This document shows, piece after piece, positions 31,849-41,628 of a DNA stretch of 64,000 nt. How positions within the stretch are numbered: the stretch's first letter is position 1; each line of letters starts with the position of its first letter. The stretch covers positions 79,098-143,097 of the forward strand of contig CAVQYV010000008.1 of the NCBI GenBank assembly GCA_963718295.1. Direction: 5' to 3'. Under the pieces are notes generated by a model that was given only the letters and a program-made list of their open reading frames with translations, had not been told where the DNA came from and searched no databases. The DNA is from an uncultured Methylomirabilota bacterium (GTDB taxonomy: Bacteria > Methylomirabilota > Methylomirabilia > CAVQYV01). The position numbers and the translations under genes are program-made.

Positions 31849-33978
31849 GTGAAACGGAGGAGCTTCACCTCTCGGCAATTGGTTTTCTTGGCCTCGTTCT
31901 CTCTCATCGTGCTTTTAGCCGCTTCCGGCCAGGCAACGGAGGAATGGAAGGGCACTCCTGTGGGCGCCCCCTGGGTGGACCGTGGTCAAACCGCCATCTG
32001 GACCGGCACAGAGATGATCGTCTGGGGAGGAACCTATCACTATAGAGGGGGAGGGTGCTACAACCTTGCCACCGACACCTGGAGACCCATTTCCAACACC
32101 AAGGCGCCGAGGGCTGAATACGACCACATAGCGGTTTGGACGGGCACGGAGATGATCATCTGGGTGGGAGCCAACAACACCGGCGGCCGTTATGACCCCG
32201 CCATGGACAGGTGGTCTCCCATTTCCACCGCCGGTGCGCCATCACCAAGATCATGGCCATACCGCCGTCTGGACCGGCACGGAGATGATCATCTGGGGAG
32301 GGTATGACGGCAGCTCCTATCTCAACACGGGCGCCCGCTACAATCCGACTACCGATACCTGGTCTTCCATTTCGACCGCGGTGCGCCAACCGCGGGCCAC
32401 ACCGCCATCTGGACCGGCACGGAGATGATCATCTGGGGAGGTGGCAGCAACACCGGCGGCCGCTATGACCCCGCTACCGATACCTGGTCTCCCATTTCCA
32501 CCGCCGGTGCGCCATCACCAAGATCTAGCCATACCGTGGTCTGGACCGGCACGGAGATGATCATCTGGGGAGGGTATGACGGCACTTGGCTCAACTCGGG
32601 AGGCCGCTACGATCCTACCGGCGATACCTGGATCTCCACTTCGGTAACAGGCGCGCCCAAGGCGAGAATTGCCCACACCGCCATCTGGACCGGCAGTCAG
32701 ATGGTTGTGTGGGGAGGGAACGGTGCAAGAGGGCACAAGAAGACCGGTGGACGCTACGATCCGACGAGCGACGCCTGGACAGCTACCTCCACCCTTGGGG
32801 CGCCTGAAGGGAGGGTTTATCATACGGCGCTCTGGACGGGAAGGAGATGATCGTGTGGGGCGGGAGACGGCAGCTCGTATCCGAACGACAGCGGCGGACG
32901 CTACGATCCCGCTGCCAACGCTTGGAGCAAGATCTCCCATGATAGGAGTCCTGAGGAGAGACGCGATCACACCGCCGTCTGGACCGGCACGGAGATGATC
33001 GTGTGGGGTGGGTATAACGGGGATCATCTGGGATGGGGCGGCCACTATATCCCCCTGACGGATACCTGGACCCGGACGGAACCCCCCTCTGGTTTTCTCC
33101 GAGGTGGGGGGAGGAAGGACCACACCGCCGTCTGGACCGGCACGGAGATGATCGTCTGGGGAGGCTATGGGGACGGCAGTTGCGGATGCACTCCATACCT
33201 CAACAGCGGCGCGCGCTACCGGCCCGCGTTTTATCCCGATGATACCCGTGCCTGGCTTGGGATGTCTTACCTGGGGGCACCACAGGCAAGGCGTTGGCAC
33301 ACCGCCGTCTGGACCGGCGGGAAGATGATCGTCTGGGGAGGGTATGACGGCCGAACCCACCTTACCACCGGCGGGCGCTACAACCCGGAGACGGATATCT
33401 GGCAGGGCACCTCCACCGAAGGGGCCCCCAAAGGCAGGTCCCGGCATACTGCAATCTGGACCGGGAAGGAAATGATCGTCTGGGGAGGGCTTGGTCGCAG
33501 CGCCTCGTTCAACACGGGCGGGCGCTACCGCTTCAATACCAATACCTGGACTCCCACCTCGACCGATGGAGCGCCATCTCCAAGATATAGCCATACCGCC
33601 ATCTGGACCGGCAAAGAGATGATCGTCTGGGGAGGGTATGACGGCAGCTCCTATCTCAACACGGGCGGCCGCTACAATCCGACTACCGATACCTGGACTC
33701 CCCTCTCCACGATCGGGGCACCCACGATGAGGAAGGACCACACCGCGGTCTGGACCGGAAGCCAGATGATCGTGTGGGGCGGCAAGAATGCCTCTGGTTA
33801 CATGAGAAGCGGAGGCCGCTACGACCCCGTCACGGACACCTGGACCCCAACCACCGTGAAGCTGGCACCCGTGGGAAGGGTCCATCACACTGCCATTTGG
33901 ACTGGCACGGAGATGATCATTTGGGGAGGAATTAGCGGTGGCTTCTACCTCGAAACAGGTGGCCGCTATACCCCTTGA
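31849..33978 (+). pseudogene. secreted Kelch-repeat protein, paralog 2; at least four frameshifts
   Basis: Same leader and GTG start (ggaaaggaggaacaaggtg), same signal peptide type and repeat unit; coding alternates among track ORFs 31756..32307, 32192..32428, 32425..32850, 32995..33978; one break is a G-run length change (acgggaaggag versus expected acggggaaggag). Confidence 0.5.
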
Positions 33979-34017
33979 TTCCAAGGGGAGAAATAGGGAC
34001 CCCTTGGGGTCGGCCGC

Positions 34018-34674
34018 TCAGAACCCCAAAGGTTCCCCGACCAGCAGGACGGTGTAATCCGTCCGCAGGGGTTTCTTGGCCAATACGGTGTAGATGTTAC
34101 AGATCCTCTGGGGAGAGTTGCAGTCCGCGCATTGGCCCGTCTCCGCACAGGGGTTTTTGAATCCGAGCCGTTTGACATTCATCGGGGAGACCCACTCCCG
34201 AACCCTTCTTTCCGCCTCTTCCAGATCCTTCACGATCTTGTTGACCCCACACACCAAAATCACCTTCCTGGGTCCGAAGGTCATCGCCGCCACTCGATTG
34301 CCCGTGCCATCGATGTTGAAGAGCTTCCCGTCCTCGGTCACCGCATTGCTGCTGGCGACGAACACATCGGCCAGAAGGATCTCGCGGCGGATCCTCAATC
34401 CGTCCTCTGCCGAAAGTCCCGGTGCAAAGGGATGTAGCAGCTGGATGGGATGTTTCTTTGCCTCCTCGAAGAATCCGATCTGACTCAGGGTGATAGAGCC
34501 TCCGATTCCCACCTTCGCCCCTTCGGGAATCCTCTTGAAGACCTCCCCCGCGGCATCCGAGGCCTGGGGAATGAATTCCGCATCGAACCTGTTCTTTCTG
34601 AGCGCCTTAAGGGTCCTTTCCACCTGATGTTCCTGAAACCACTTATGGTATTCCGTCATTGCTGAAACCTCCAT
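34018..34674 (-). CDS. LUD domain (lactate-utilisation LutB/LutC-like, DUF162) protein
   Basis: 218 aa; GIGGSITLSQIG...LLADVFVASSNAVTEDGKLFNIDGTGNRVAAMTFGPRKVILVCGVNKIV typical of LUD/YkgG-like proteins. Confidence 0.65.
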   Translation of the reverse strand: MEVSAMTEYHKWFQEHQVERTLKALRKNRFDAEFIPQASDAAGEVFKRIPEGAKVGIGGSITLSQIGFFEEAKKHPIQLLHPFAPGLSAEDGLRIRREILLADVFVASSNAVTEDGKLFNIDGTGNRVAAMTFGPRKVILVCGVNKIVKDLEEAERRVREWVSPMNVKRLGFKNPCAETGQCADCNSPQRICNIYTVLAKKPLRTDYTVLLVGEPLGF

Positions 34675-35026
34675 CGCAGGATCCTCCTCCTCATCTTTGT
34701 GGCCAGAGCATATGCAGTATGAGAGTCATGGATTACATGGGTGAGGTTGTCCATAAAGCTATCAACTTTCGGGAGCGAGAACAACCCGAAACTTGTTCCG
34801 AAGGAGGGGGATCTCCGCTCTTACCCGGATCTCAAAAATGTTGACAAGTAGAGGCGAGAGGAGTAGATACCCAAGGGGGCAAGGGGGGCGCCACCCGTGC
34901 AATTCGGACTGCGTGGGATAGTTCAATCCCTTTTGAGCCAGCCGGGGCCTTTTCGAAAGGCCGGCACTTCGATTGGAGCCACACCGGTCAGGCGTGATGT
35001 ATTCTCTCATATGTCAGGAGGTTGCC

Positions 35027-35602
35027 ATGAAGAAAGCCATCCATTTCACCTTGGGAGCTCTCATCCTCTCTGCCCTTTCCGTGGGAATTGGCTTGCCCGA
35101 TCAGGCCTCTGCCACAGACGCCTCCCAAAGCACCAAGGATATCGAAAGGGCGTGGTTGCTCAAACAAGCCCTTCCCGGAGCGGATCGTTTCGAGAGCAGA
35201 GACGAGGGAGGAATCCCATACGAGATCGCCTATCGAGAAGAGGAAGTCATGGGCGGGGTGTTCTACACTGACGGCATGGGCTATGGGGGCACGATGCGGT
35301 TTATGGTGGGCCTCGACCCCGAGGGGAAGGTGGTCGAGATCGTCCTGGTGTCCCATAGGGAGAGCAAGGGGCTGGGGACCAAGGTCGCCGATCCCGTGTT
35401 CCTCTCCCAATTCCGCGGGAGGGGAGGACCTTTTGTCCTCAAGAGGGATCATCCCTCAGGAAACATCGATGGGGTGGCCGGGGCCACACTCTCCAGTCGC
35501 GGGGTGGTCATGGCCGTCGAAGAAGCGGTGAAGACCTTCCATCGCGTTTGGAAAGCGGAGGAGGGGACACCCCCGATTCCCCCTGCCAAGGGACAAGAGT
35601 GA
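35027..35602 (+). CDS. FMN-binding domain protein (exported)
   Basis: RBS caggagg before ATG at 35027; signal peptide MKKAIHFTLGALILSALSVGIG; C-terminal VDGVAGATLSSRGVVMAVEEAV resembles the FMN_bind covalent-flavinylation region. Confidence 0.55.
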   Translation: MKKAIHFTLGALILSALSVGIGLPDQASATDASQSTKDIERAWLLKQALPGADRFESRDEGGIPYEIAYREEEVMGGVFYTDGMGYGGTMRFMVGLDPEGKVVEIVLVSHRESKGLGTKVADPVFLSQFRGRGGPFVLKRDHPSGNIDGVAGATLSSRGVVMAVEEAVKTFHRVWKAEEGTPPIPPAKGQE

Positions 35603-35675
35603 GGGACGAAGAGCCGCGCGCAGCAGCCCTGCTCCGGGGGTCCTCGCCCCCCCAAGGGATAGCTTCACTCTGGCA

Positions 35676-36902
35676 ATGCGAAAATTCCTAACCTATCTTC
35701 TACTGCCGAGCGGCCTCCTCTTGCTGGCCGCCGTTGCCTTCCTGAAATGGGGGGCCAAGCCTCAATCCCTGGCCGCCCTGACGCTGATTTACCCTTATGC
35801 GGTTTTGGGGGTCGGGGCCTTTCTCGCCTGGCGTTTTCGCCAAAGCTGGCTGGCCTTTTCCGTCCTCGCCATCGTCTTGTCGGAGAGGGCCCTGCTGCAT
35901 GGTGCAACGGGGCGCGCGGGATCGGCCCATGCCCCCCTTCTCTTTCCCGCCGTGGCCCTCCTGCTTCCCCTGATCCTGGGGATCCTTTCCTTCGAGAGCG
36001 CGCGCGAGCGAGGCCCGGCGGCCCCGCGCATCCCGTTGGGCTTGAGCCTCGTCCTCTTTCAAGCCTTGATCTTAGCGATGTGTCACTCCCAGGCTCACCG
36101 GGCGGCCCGCCAGGGCTCCCTCCTGGAGCGCATCCTCACTGGCGGGGGTTTCGTCGAATGGACCCCGATCGCCCGGTTGAGTCTCGTGGCATTTGGGTTG
36201 GTCTTCCTTTTTTTCGCAATCCGATTTGCTCGCCATCCCGGTCCCATTGACAGTGGCTTTCTCTGGTCGCTGATCGCGGTCTTTCTCGCGTTGAACGCCA
36301 AAAAGGTGGGACCCATCTCCAGCTTCTACCTTTCGACCGCAGGGCTCATCCTGATCGTTTGTTTCATCGAAAACTCTTACAGTCTGGCCTACCACGATGA
36401 ATTGACGGGTCTGCCGGCGCGGAGGGCTTTGAACGAAGCCCTTCTGCGGTTGAGAGACAAATATACGGTGGCAATGATCGATGTCGATCATTTCAAACGG
36501 TTCAACGACCAGTATGGGCATGAGGTGGGCGACCAGGTGCTGCGCATGGTGGGGACTAACTTGGAGCGGATCTTGAGTGGGGCCAGAGCCTTCCGGTATG
36601 GGGGCGAGGAATTTGCCGTGCTCTTTCCCGGCAGATCATTGAGTAACGCGATCCCTTCATTGGAGGCGCTGAGAAAGACCATCGCCGCCTCGGACTTCAC
36701 CCTGCGGGGAAAAGATCGTCCCCGGGAGAAGCCGGAGACGCCGAGGCCGGCCGGGAGCCCTCCCAGGAAGATCGGGATCACCATCAGCATCGGGATCGCG
36801 GAGCGGAATGCGCGCCACACCAAGCCGGACCAGGTGATCCGGGCGGCCGATCGGGCCCTTTATCGGGCCAAGGAGGCCGGGCGAAATCGGATCAGCAACT
36901 GA
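35676..36902 (+). CDS. membrane-anchored diguanylate cyclase (GGDEF domain)
   Basis: Multi-TM N-terminal half; GGDEF domain with MIDVDHFKRFNDQYGH and active-site RYGGEEFAV. Confidence 0.85.
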   Translation: MRKFLTYLLLPSGLLLLAAVAFLKWGAKPQSLAALTLIYPYAVLGVGAFLAWRFRQSWLAFSVLAIVLSERALLHGATGRAGSAHAPLLFPAVALLLPLILGILSFESARERGPAAPRIPLGLSLVLFQALILAMCHSQAHRAARQGSLLERILTGGGFVEWTPIARLSLVAFGLVFLFFAIRFARHPGPIDSGFLWSLIAVFLALNAKKVGPISSFYLSTAGLILIVCFIENSYSLAYHDELTGLPARRALNEALLRLRDKYTVAMIDVDHFKRFNDQYGHEVGDQVLRMVGTNLERILSGARAFRYGGEEFAVLFPGRSLSNAIPSLEALRKTIAASDFTLRGKDRPREKPETPRPAGSPPRKIGITISIGIAERNARHTKPDQVIRAADRALYRAKEAGRNRISN

Positions 36903-37059
36903 TTCCCTTGCCCGGATTCGTTGGGGCGCGCCAGAGTCCCTGGAGAGGACCTTCCCATCGCAGGTCGGCCTCCTATTGAACGAAACAAGGGGACGTTGGT
37001 TCTAAGACAACTTATTACCCTGCTTAGGGCATGCTCTCCCCCTGGCCGTCCCTTTTCTC

Positions 37060-37230
37060 CGGATGGCGGGGATATCTCTCGCCGGTTCACCCCCAAGCCG
37101 GGCAGGCACCAGGTCGTGACCCTCGATCTTTACCAGGGCTCCCACACCCTGGTGCTCTCGGCGCAGGGCACCGTTTCCCCGGGCCGGACCGCCACCGCCA
37201 CCGACCCGCTGATGTTCCTGGTCCGGTGGC
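37060..37230 (+). pseudogene. orphan remnant of the C-terminal module found in the 22.2-25.0 kb secreted proteins
   Basis: DISRRFTPKPGRHQVVTLDLYQGSHTLVLSAQGTVSPGRTATATDPLMFLV aligns with DISRRFKPIPGGYQVIPLKFSVGSHTLMLSVQGKTSGGEAATDTDKLTFSV; no start, signal peptide or upstream domains. Confidence 0.35.
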
Positions 37231-37252
37231 CCCCTCGATCCAATGGCCCGCT

Positions 37253-38287
37253 TCAGGACAATTGGATGGGATAGCGTCCGTATTTCTTCACCGCCTCCGC
37301 CATGGCGAGGACGCACTCCGGGTTAAGATAGGAGGCCAGGCTGTTGCCGCTGGTCAGGATGTAGCCGCCTCCGGGCGCCACATCTCTGATCAATTCACAC
37401 ACCTCTCGGTCCACCTCCTCCGGGGTCCCCAGGCCCAGGATGTTGAGATCCACATTCCCCAGCAGGCAGACCCGCCTACCGTACTCTTTCTTCATGGCCC
37501 GAATGTCCATGGCCCCCTTTTCGTTGGGATGAAGCCCGGCTACCCCCAGATCGATCAGGGTATCGACCGCCTTCATGATGTTGCCGTCGCTGTGGAGCAC
37601 CCAGGGGATGGTGATCTTCTTCAGCACCCGCTGGTAACGGGGCACCATGAGTTCCTGGAAGATCTGAGGGGAAAAGAGCATTCCGCTCTTGAAGGCAAAA
37701 TCGTCGGTGGTGATGAAAAAGTCGAACCCCATCTGGCAGATCCGCTCCGCCACGATCTCCATCCAGTCGTAATAGAGATCCAGCAAGGTCTCGATCAGGC
37801 GCCGGTTGTCATACAAGGTCAGAGAAAATCCTTCAAATCCCAGGCCGAGAATGACCTGAAACATCCCGATGCGGGTCACGAAGGCAGTGGCGTAATCCCC
37901 CCTGTTCCGGACGAAGTTTTCTGCATCGGCATAGAGCTCGTCCTTATGGGGATCGGGAAGCTGGATCATCTCCAGGTCCGCCTCGGTCTTGATCAGACCT
38001 TCGCTCGGAAAGCCACGGCCCTCGACTCCCTCTCCCATCCGGGCATAGGTGGGGGCCCGCAGGATGTAGCTGAGACTGTCCAGCCCCAGGCGGGCAGCGA
38101 TTGCCTTGGACTCCTCGATGGTATAGGGATTGGTCACCGCCGAGGCAATCGCCTGGGTGGGCACCTGTTTCCAGCCCATCAGCTTCTGGGCCAAGGCCCG
38201 GTCGATTGCCAACTCGCACCAGGGAACCCGATCGGGCTCTTCCCGCCTGAGTGCAGTCATCACTCTTTCTCTGGAATTCATCTCCAT
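37253..38287 (-). CDS. uroporphyrinogen decarboxylase (URO-D) family protein, MtaA/CmuA-like
   Basis: 344 aa; N-terminus MEMNSRERVMTALRREEPDRVPW and overall URO-D-like layout. Confidence 0.7.
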   Translation of the reverse strand: MEMNSRERVMTALRREEPDRVPWCELAIDRALAQKLMGWKQVPTQAIASAVTNPYTIEESKAIAARLGLDSLSYILRAPTYARMGEGVEGRGFPSEGLIKTEADLEMIQLPDPHKDELYADAENFVRNRGDYATAFVTRIGMFQVILGLGFEGFSLTLYDNRRLIETLLDLYYDWMEIVAERICQMGFDFFITTDDFAFKSGMLFSPQIFQELMVPRYQRVLKKITIPWVLHSDGNIMKAVDTLIDLGVAGLHPNEKGAMDIRAMKKEYGRRVCLLGNVDLNILGLGTPEEVDREVCELIRDVAPGGGYILTSGNSLASYLNPECVLAMAEAVKKYGRYPIQLS

Positions 38288-38333
38288 TTCATGCCTCCCG
38301 ATATGAGATTGAAAGATTCAGATAGGACCCGTA

Positions 38334-39074
38334 TCACTCGACCTCCGTGCAAAGGATCTGCGCCAATTGGCGGGCGCCTCTCACCATGGTGAGATGGCCG
38401 ACGCCTCTCAGCTTGTGAATCCTGGCGTGGGGCCAGGCCTGCTGAAGATATGCTACGGACCGGCGAACCGCGGCAAAGGTCTGGATTCCATAAGCGAGAT
38501 CCACTGGAAGATTCAGGTCTCGGAGTGACCCATGTCCCTTGAATTGACCGAATAGGTGGAGGTAGTTGAGGGTTGCCTGATGATTCACATGGACGAAGGC
38601 CTCGGTGAAGTTGCCGTCCGTGGGTTGCCTATTTTGAAGGACCCGATTCACGATTCTTCGCCCCACGGGACCGGCGAAAGAGACGTAATAGGCCCGGCGG
38701 CCGAACTCACCCAGGGTGAACAGTTTGAAATACCAGGGGAGATAGGTGAAGGGATCGACCAAAACCAGCCGCCGAATGCGGCTTTTCCGCTCCCGCGCCA
38801 GTAGCATGGCGAGGAATGCCCCGCTGCAGAAACCGATCAGGGTGGAATCGCCGTGGGTCGCCTCATCGATAACAGCCGCCAATTCTTCGGTGATCAGGGA
38901 GAGATCCCAACGAGCGGGAAGAGGGGATTGGCCGTAGCCGGGCAGATCCACGCTGAGGAGCCTCATCCCTTGGGGAAGCCGGCTCGCCAATGGGGCAAAT
39001 TCACGATGGTCTCCCCCCCATCCGTGAATGGCCAGAATGGTTTTTGAGCCTTCGCCGTACTGCTTAACGTGCAT
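38334..39074 (-). CDS. alpha/beta hydrolase fold protein
   Basis: HGWGGD oxyanion region; nucleophile elbow reads GFCSG (Cys where Ser is usual). Confidence 0.75.
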   Translation of the reverse strand: MHVKQYGEGSKTILAIHGWGGDHREFAPLASRLPQGMRLLSVDLPGYGQSPLPARWDLSLITEELAAVIDEATHGDSTLIGFCSGAFLAMLLARERKSRIRRLVLVDPFTYLPWYFKLFTLGEFGRRAYYVSFAGPVGRRIVNRVLQNRQPTDGNFTEAFVHVNHQATLNYLHLFGQFKGHGSLRDLNLPVDLAYGIQTFAAVRRSVAYLQQAWPHARIHKLRGVGHLTMVRGARQLAQILCTEVE

Positions 39075-40569
39075 GCCAAAAGATCCTTTCCGCAGTCATC
39101 CGCCCGCTCAGCACCACAATGGGCAGGCCGGTGCCAGGGGTGGTGCCTGCACCGGTATAGTAGAGTCCCTGGATATCCCGATCGAAATTCCGATCCCGGA
39201 AGGGACCCAGTTGAAGCAGCGTATGGGCCGCAGCGAAGGCGGATCCATGATAGAGCCCGAACATTCGCCGCCAGTCCTCCGGCGTAAGGATGATCTCCAT
39301 CATGAGGCGCTCCGGGGGGATTTCGACATGATGGCGGCGAAGTCGGCTGAGAACCCTTGCCTTCAGCGCCGGTACGATCGTTGCCCAATCGGCAGCTCCC
39401 AGCTCTTTGGGGATGGGAGCGGGAATGAGCACGCACATTGTATGATGGCCAGCCGGCGCGAGGGTAGGATCTGTGGCGGAGGGAATGCTGACGTAGAAAG
39501 GCAGATCGTCCGGGATTCGTTGGTGCTGGAATAGCTCATCAAAGGTGGTGTGGAAATCATTGGGCAGAAAGATCGTATGGTGTTGCATTCCCTCTGCTGG
39601 ACCTCTCACCCCCCAATAGAACGTGACCACACCGGGCGTCATGGAAGGATTACGTCGGAGCAAGTTGTTGGGCCGCTGCGCATAGTCATGGGGCAAGAGC
39701 TCCCGCCGCGTGGTGGGGACATCGACGTTGGAAACCACCCACGGCCAATCTTCGGTGGTTCCATCGTCGAATTCCAGTCCCTGGATATGGCGTTTGTGGA
39801 CGATCATTTTTCGAACTCGCCGGCCGGTCAAGATGTGGACACCCAGATCAGTGGCCAGCCGGGCGATAGCCTCCACCAGGCTGTAGATCCCGCCGCGGGG
39901 GAGCCAGAGCCCGTAGGCCAGTTCGGCATAGGAAAGGATGGAAAAGAGGCCTGGCAGAGCCTTGGGGGATCCACCCAGATACATGGCGTAGGAGCCGAAG
40001 GCCTCCCGGATGTAGCGACTCTTGAAAAACCGCTTCAATTCCGAGTCAAGAGAACGCCAGACAGAGGACTTGCTCATCTCTGCGGGGGAGAGCGCGAAAA
40101 ACCACGCAAGTGGATTGTCGGTGTTCTGGCGAACGAGCTTGCGGAAGGAGAAATTGTACTTGGTTTCTGCATCGCTCAAAAAAGCGGTCAAGCCGGTTGC
40201 GGCCCCCGGCTCCAGGCGCTCACATTCACCTTTGAGGCGGCGCAGATCACTCGAAAGAGAAAAGGAAGACCCATCGGGCCACAAAAAGGCGATGGAAGGA
40301 TCCACGGGCAGAAGGGTCACATGATCGCTCAGACGCCTGCCGGCGGCGGCGAAGAGCTCCTCAAAGACCCAGGGATAATTCAATAGAGAAGGTCCGGTGT
40401 CGAAGCGGAAACCGTCCTGCTCGATCAAGTTCGCCCTGCCACCCGGGCGTGGGAGGGCCTCGAAGATGGTCACCTCAAAGCCAGCCAGGCGGAGATGAAT
40501 CGCGGCGGAGAGGCCACCCAGGCCCGCGCCGACGATGGCAATTCGTTTTGCTGAGGAGGGACGCGTCAT
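39064..40569 (-). CDS. phytoene desaturase family (CrtI/CrtN-type) FAD oxidoreductase
   Basis: IAIVGAGLGGLSAA dinucleotide motif; about 500 aa; adjacent to phytoene synthase. Confidence 0.75.
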   Translation of the reverse strand: MTRPSSAKRIAIVGAGLGGLSAAIHLRLAGFEVTIFEALPRPGGRANLIEQDGFRFDTGPSLLNYPWVFEELFAAAGRRLSDHVTLLPVDPSIAFLWPDGSSFSLSSDLRRLKGECERLEPGAATGLTAFLSDAETKYNFSFRKLVRQNTDNPLAWFFALSPAEMSKSSVWRSLDSELKRFFKSRYIREAFGSYAMYLGGSPKALPGLFSILSYAELAYGLWLPRGGIYSLVEAIARLATDLGVHILTGRRVRKMIVHKRHIQGLEFDDGTTEDWPWVVSNVDVPTTRRELLPHDYAQRPNNLLRRNPSMTPGVVTFYWGVRGPAEGMQHHTIFLPNDFHTTFDELFQHQRIPDDLPFYVSIPSATDPTLAPAGHHTMCVLIPAPIPKELGAADWATIVPALKARVLSRLRRHHVEIPPERLMMEIILTPEDWRRMFGLYHGSAFAAAHTLLQLGPFRDRNFDRDIQGLYYTGAGTTPGTGLPIVVLSGRMTAERIFWHAR

Positions 40570-40576
40570 GAAGAAA

Positions 40577-41566
40577 TCATCTCCTCAAGTAGGCCCAGGG
40601 TATCTTCCAGAACTTGCTTGGTGGTAGAGGTCTGAGCTTTTCCCACAGAGGGACGCTTTCGCGCTGTTTCGTGCCTCCCTCGCCTTGGAGAAGGCGGTGG
40701 TTCAATAGGCGATAGACATCCATGCAGGCTTTGATGGCGATGCGGCTATCCTCGGCAAAGGCGTCGAGGCCTTGCTCGGCTCGGCCATAAAACGACTCTG
40801 CCTCTTGTGCCATTTTATGGATCACCCGGGTCAGCGCAGCCTGCTGTGCGGGATCATCGGGACTTAGTACCTCAATGCCTTCTGCGCGGAGACAGTCCTG
40901 GGGGAGATAGGTGCGTCCCCGCCGCTGGTCTTCTCTCACATCCCGCAGGAAGTTGGTGAGTTGCAGGGCAATGCCGAGATGGCGTGCACTTTCCAGGGCC
41001 CGCGGGAAATCACCCGGTGTGGATGGACCGTAGACATGGGTCAGGAAATAGCCGACCACGATCGCGCTGCCGTAGACATAGGAATTGATGAGATCATCGA
41101 GGTTGGTGTATATGCGGGGATGAACATCCTGGCGCATGGCATCCAGGAAGGCGCGGTAATGATCGGGCGGAATCCGGGTCAGGCGGAAAACCTCGATCAG
41201 AGCGGCAAGAAAACAGGGCACCTTCCGTGCCAGGGCAGCCATCAGATCGTCTTCTCGCAGGGCAGCCTCGAAACATGACTCCCATTGATCCAGCCGCTGG
41301 AGGCGCTCTGGAGAGCTCAGCCGGAAAGTGTCAACGACTTCGTCCGGGTAGCGCACGTTGGCATAGAGCACCTCCACCATATCCCTCTTGTGGGAGGGCA
41401 AGAAGCGGCTGACCATGAAAAAACTGGTGGAGTAAGCGCGCATGACCGACCGCGATTGCAGCACAATGAGATGCCAGGCCCTCCCTGCATCCCCCGTCCT
41501 CCAGGCCTGCTGCCGGGTTCTCTCTTCCATCTCGCGCCAGTCTGCCTCACTCCAGACCTTCTTCAT
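40577..41566 (-). CDS. crtB: phytoene synthase (squalene/phytoene synthase family)
   Basis: YVYGSAIVVGYF and LGIALQLTNFLRDVRED signatures. Confidence 0.8.
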   Translation of the reverse strand: MKKVWSEADWREMEERTRQQAWRTGDAGRAWHLIVLQSRSVMRAYSTSFFMVSRFLPSHKRDMVEVLYANVRYPDEVVDTFRLSSPERLQRLDQWESCFEAALREDDLMAALARKVPCFLAALIEVFRLTRIPPDHYRAFLDAMRQDVHPRIYTNLDDLINSYVYGSAIVVGYFLTHVYGPSTPGDFPRALESARHLGIALQLTNFLRDVREDQRRGRTYLPQDCLRAEGIEVLSPDDPAQQAALTRVIHKMAQEAESFYGRAEQGLDAFAEDSRIAIKACMDVYRLLNHRLLQGEGGTKQRESVPLWEKLRPLPPSKFWKIPWAYLRR

Positions 41567-41628
41567 GACGCAGCCCTCATATCAAAGCTTTTGCGTCGGA
41601 GGCAAAACTATGAGAATAGATACCGGCC

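Noticed and set aside
29604-33984. Minus-strand ORFs across the Kelch genes, including a 489-codon ORF 32515..33984
   Set aside because: Antisense reading of the Kelch repeats (recurring SPDDHLRAGPDGGV); the sense strand has signal peptides, RBS and Kelch motifs
33981-34007. Hairpin ccaagggg-N11-ccccttgg between convergent Kelch gene 2 and LUD gene
   Set aside because: Plausible terminator stem but no U-tract; too weak to call
37031-38392. Plus-strand 453-codon ORF
   Set aside because: Antisense to the URO-D-like gene; low-complexity translation
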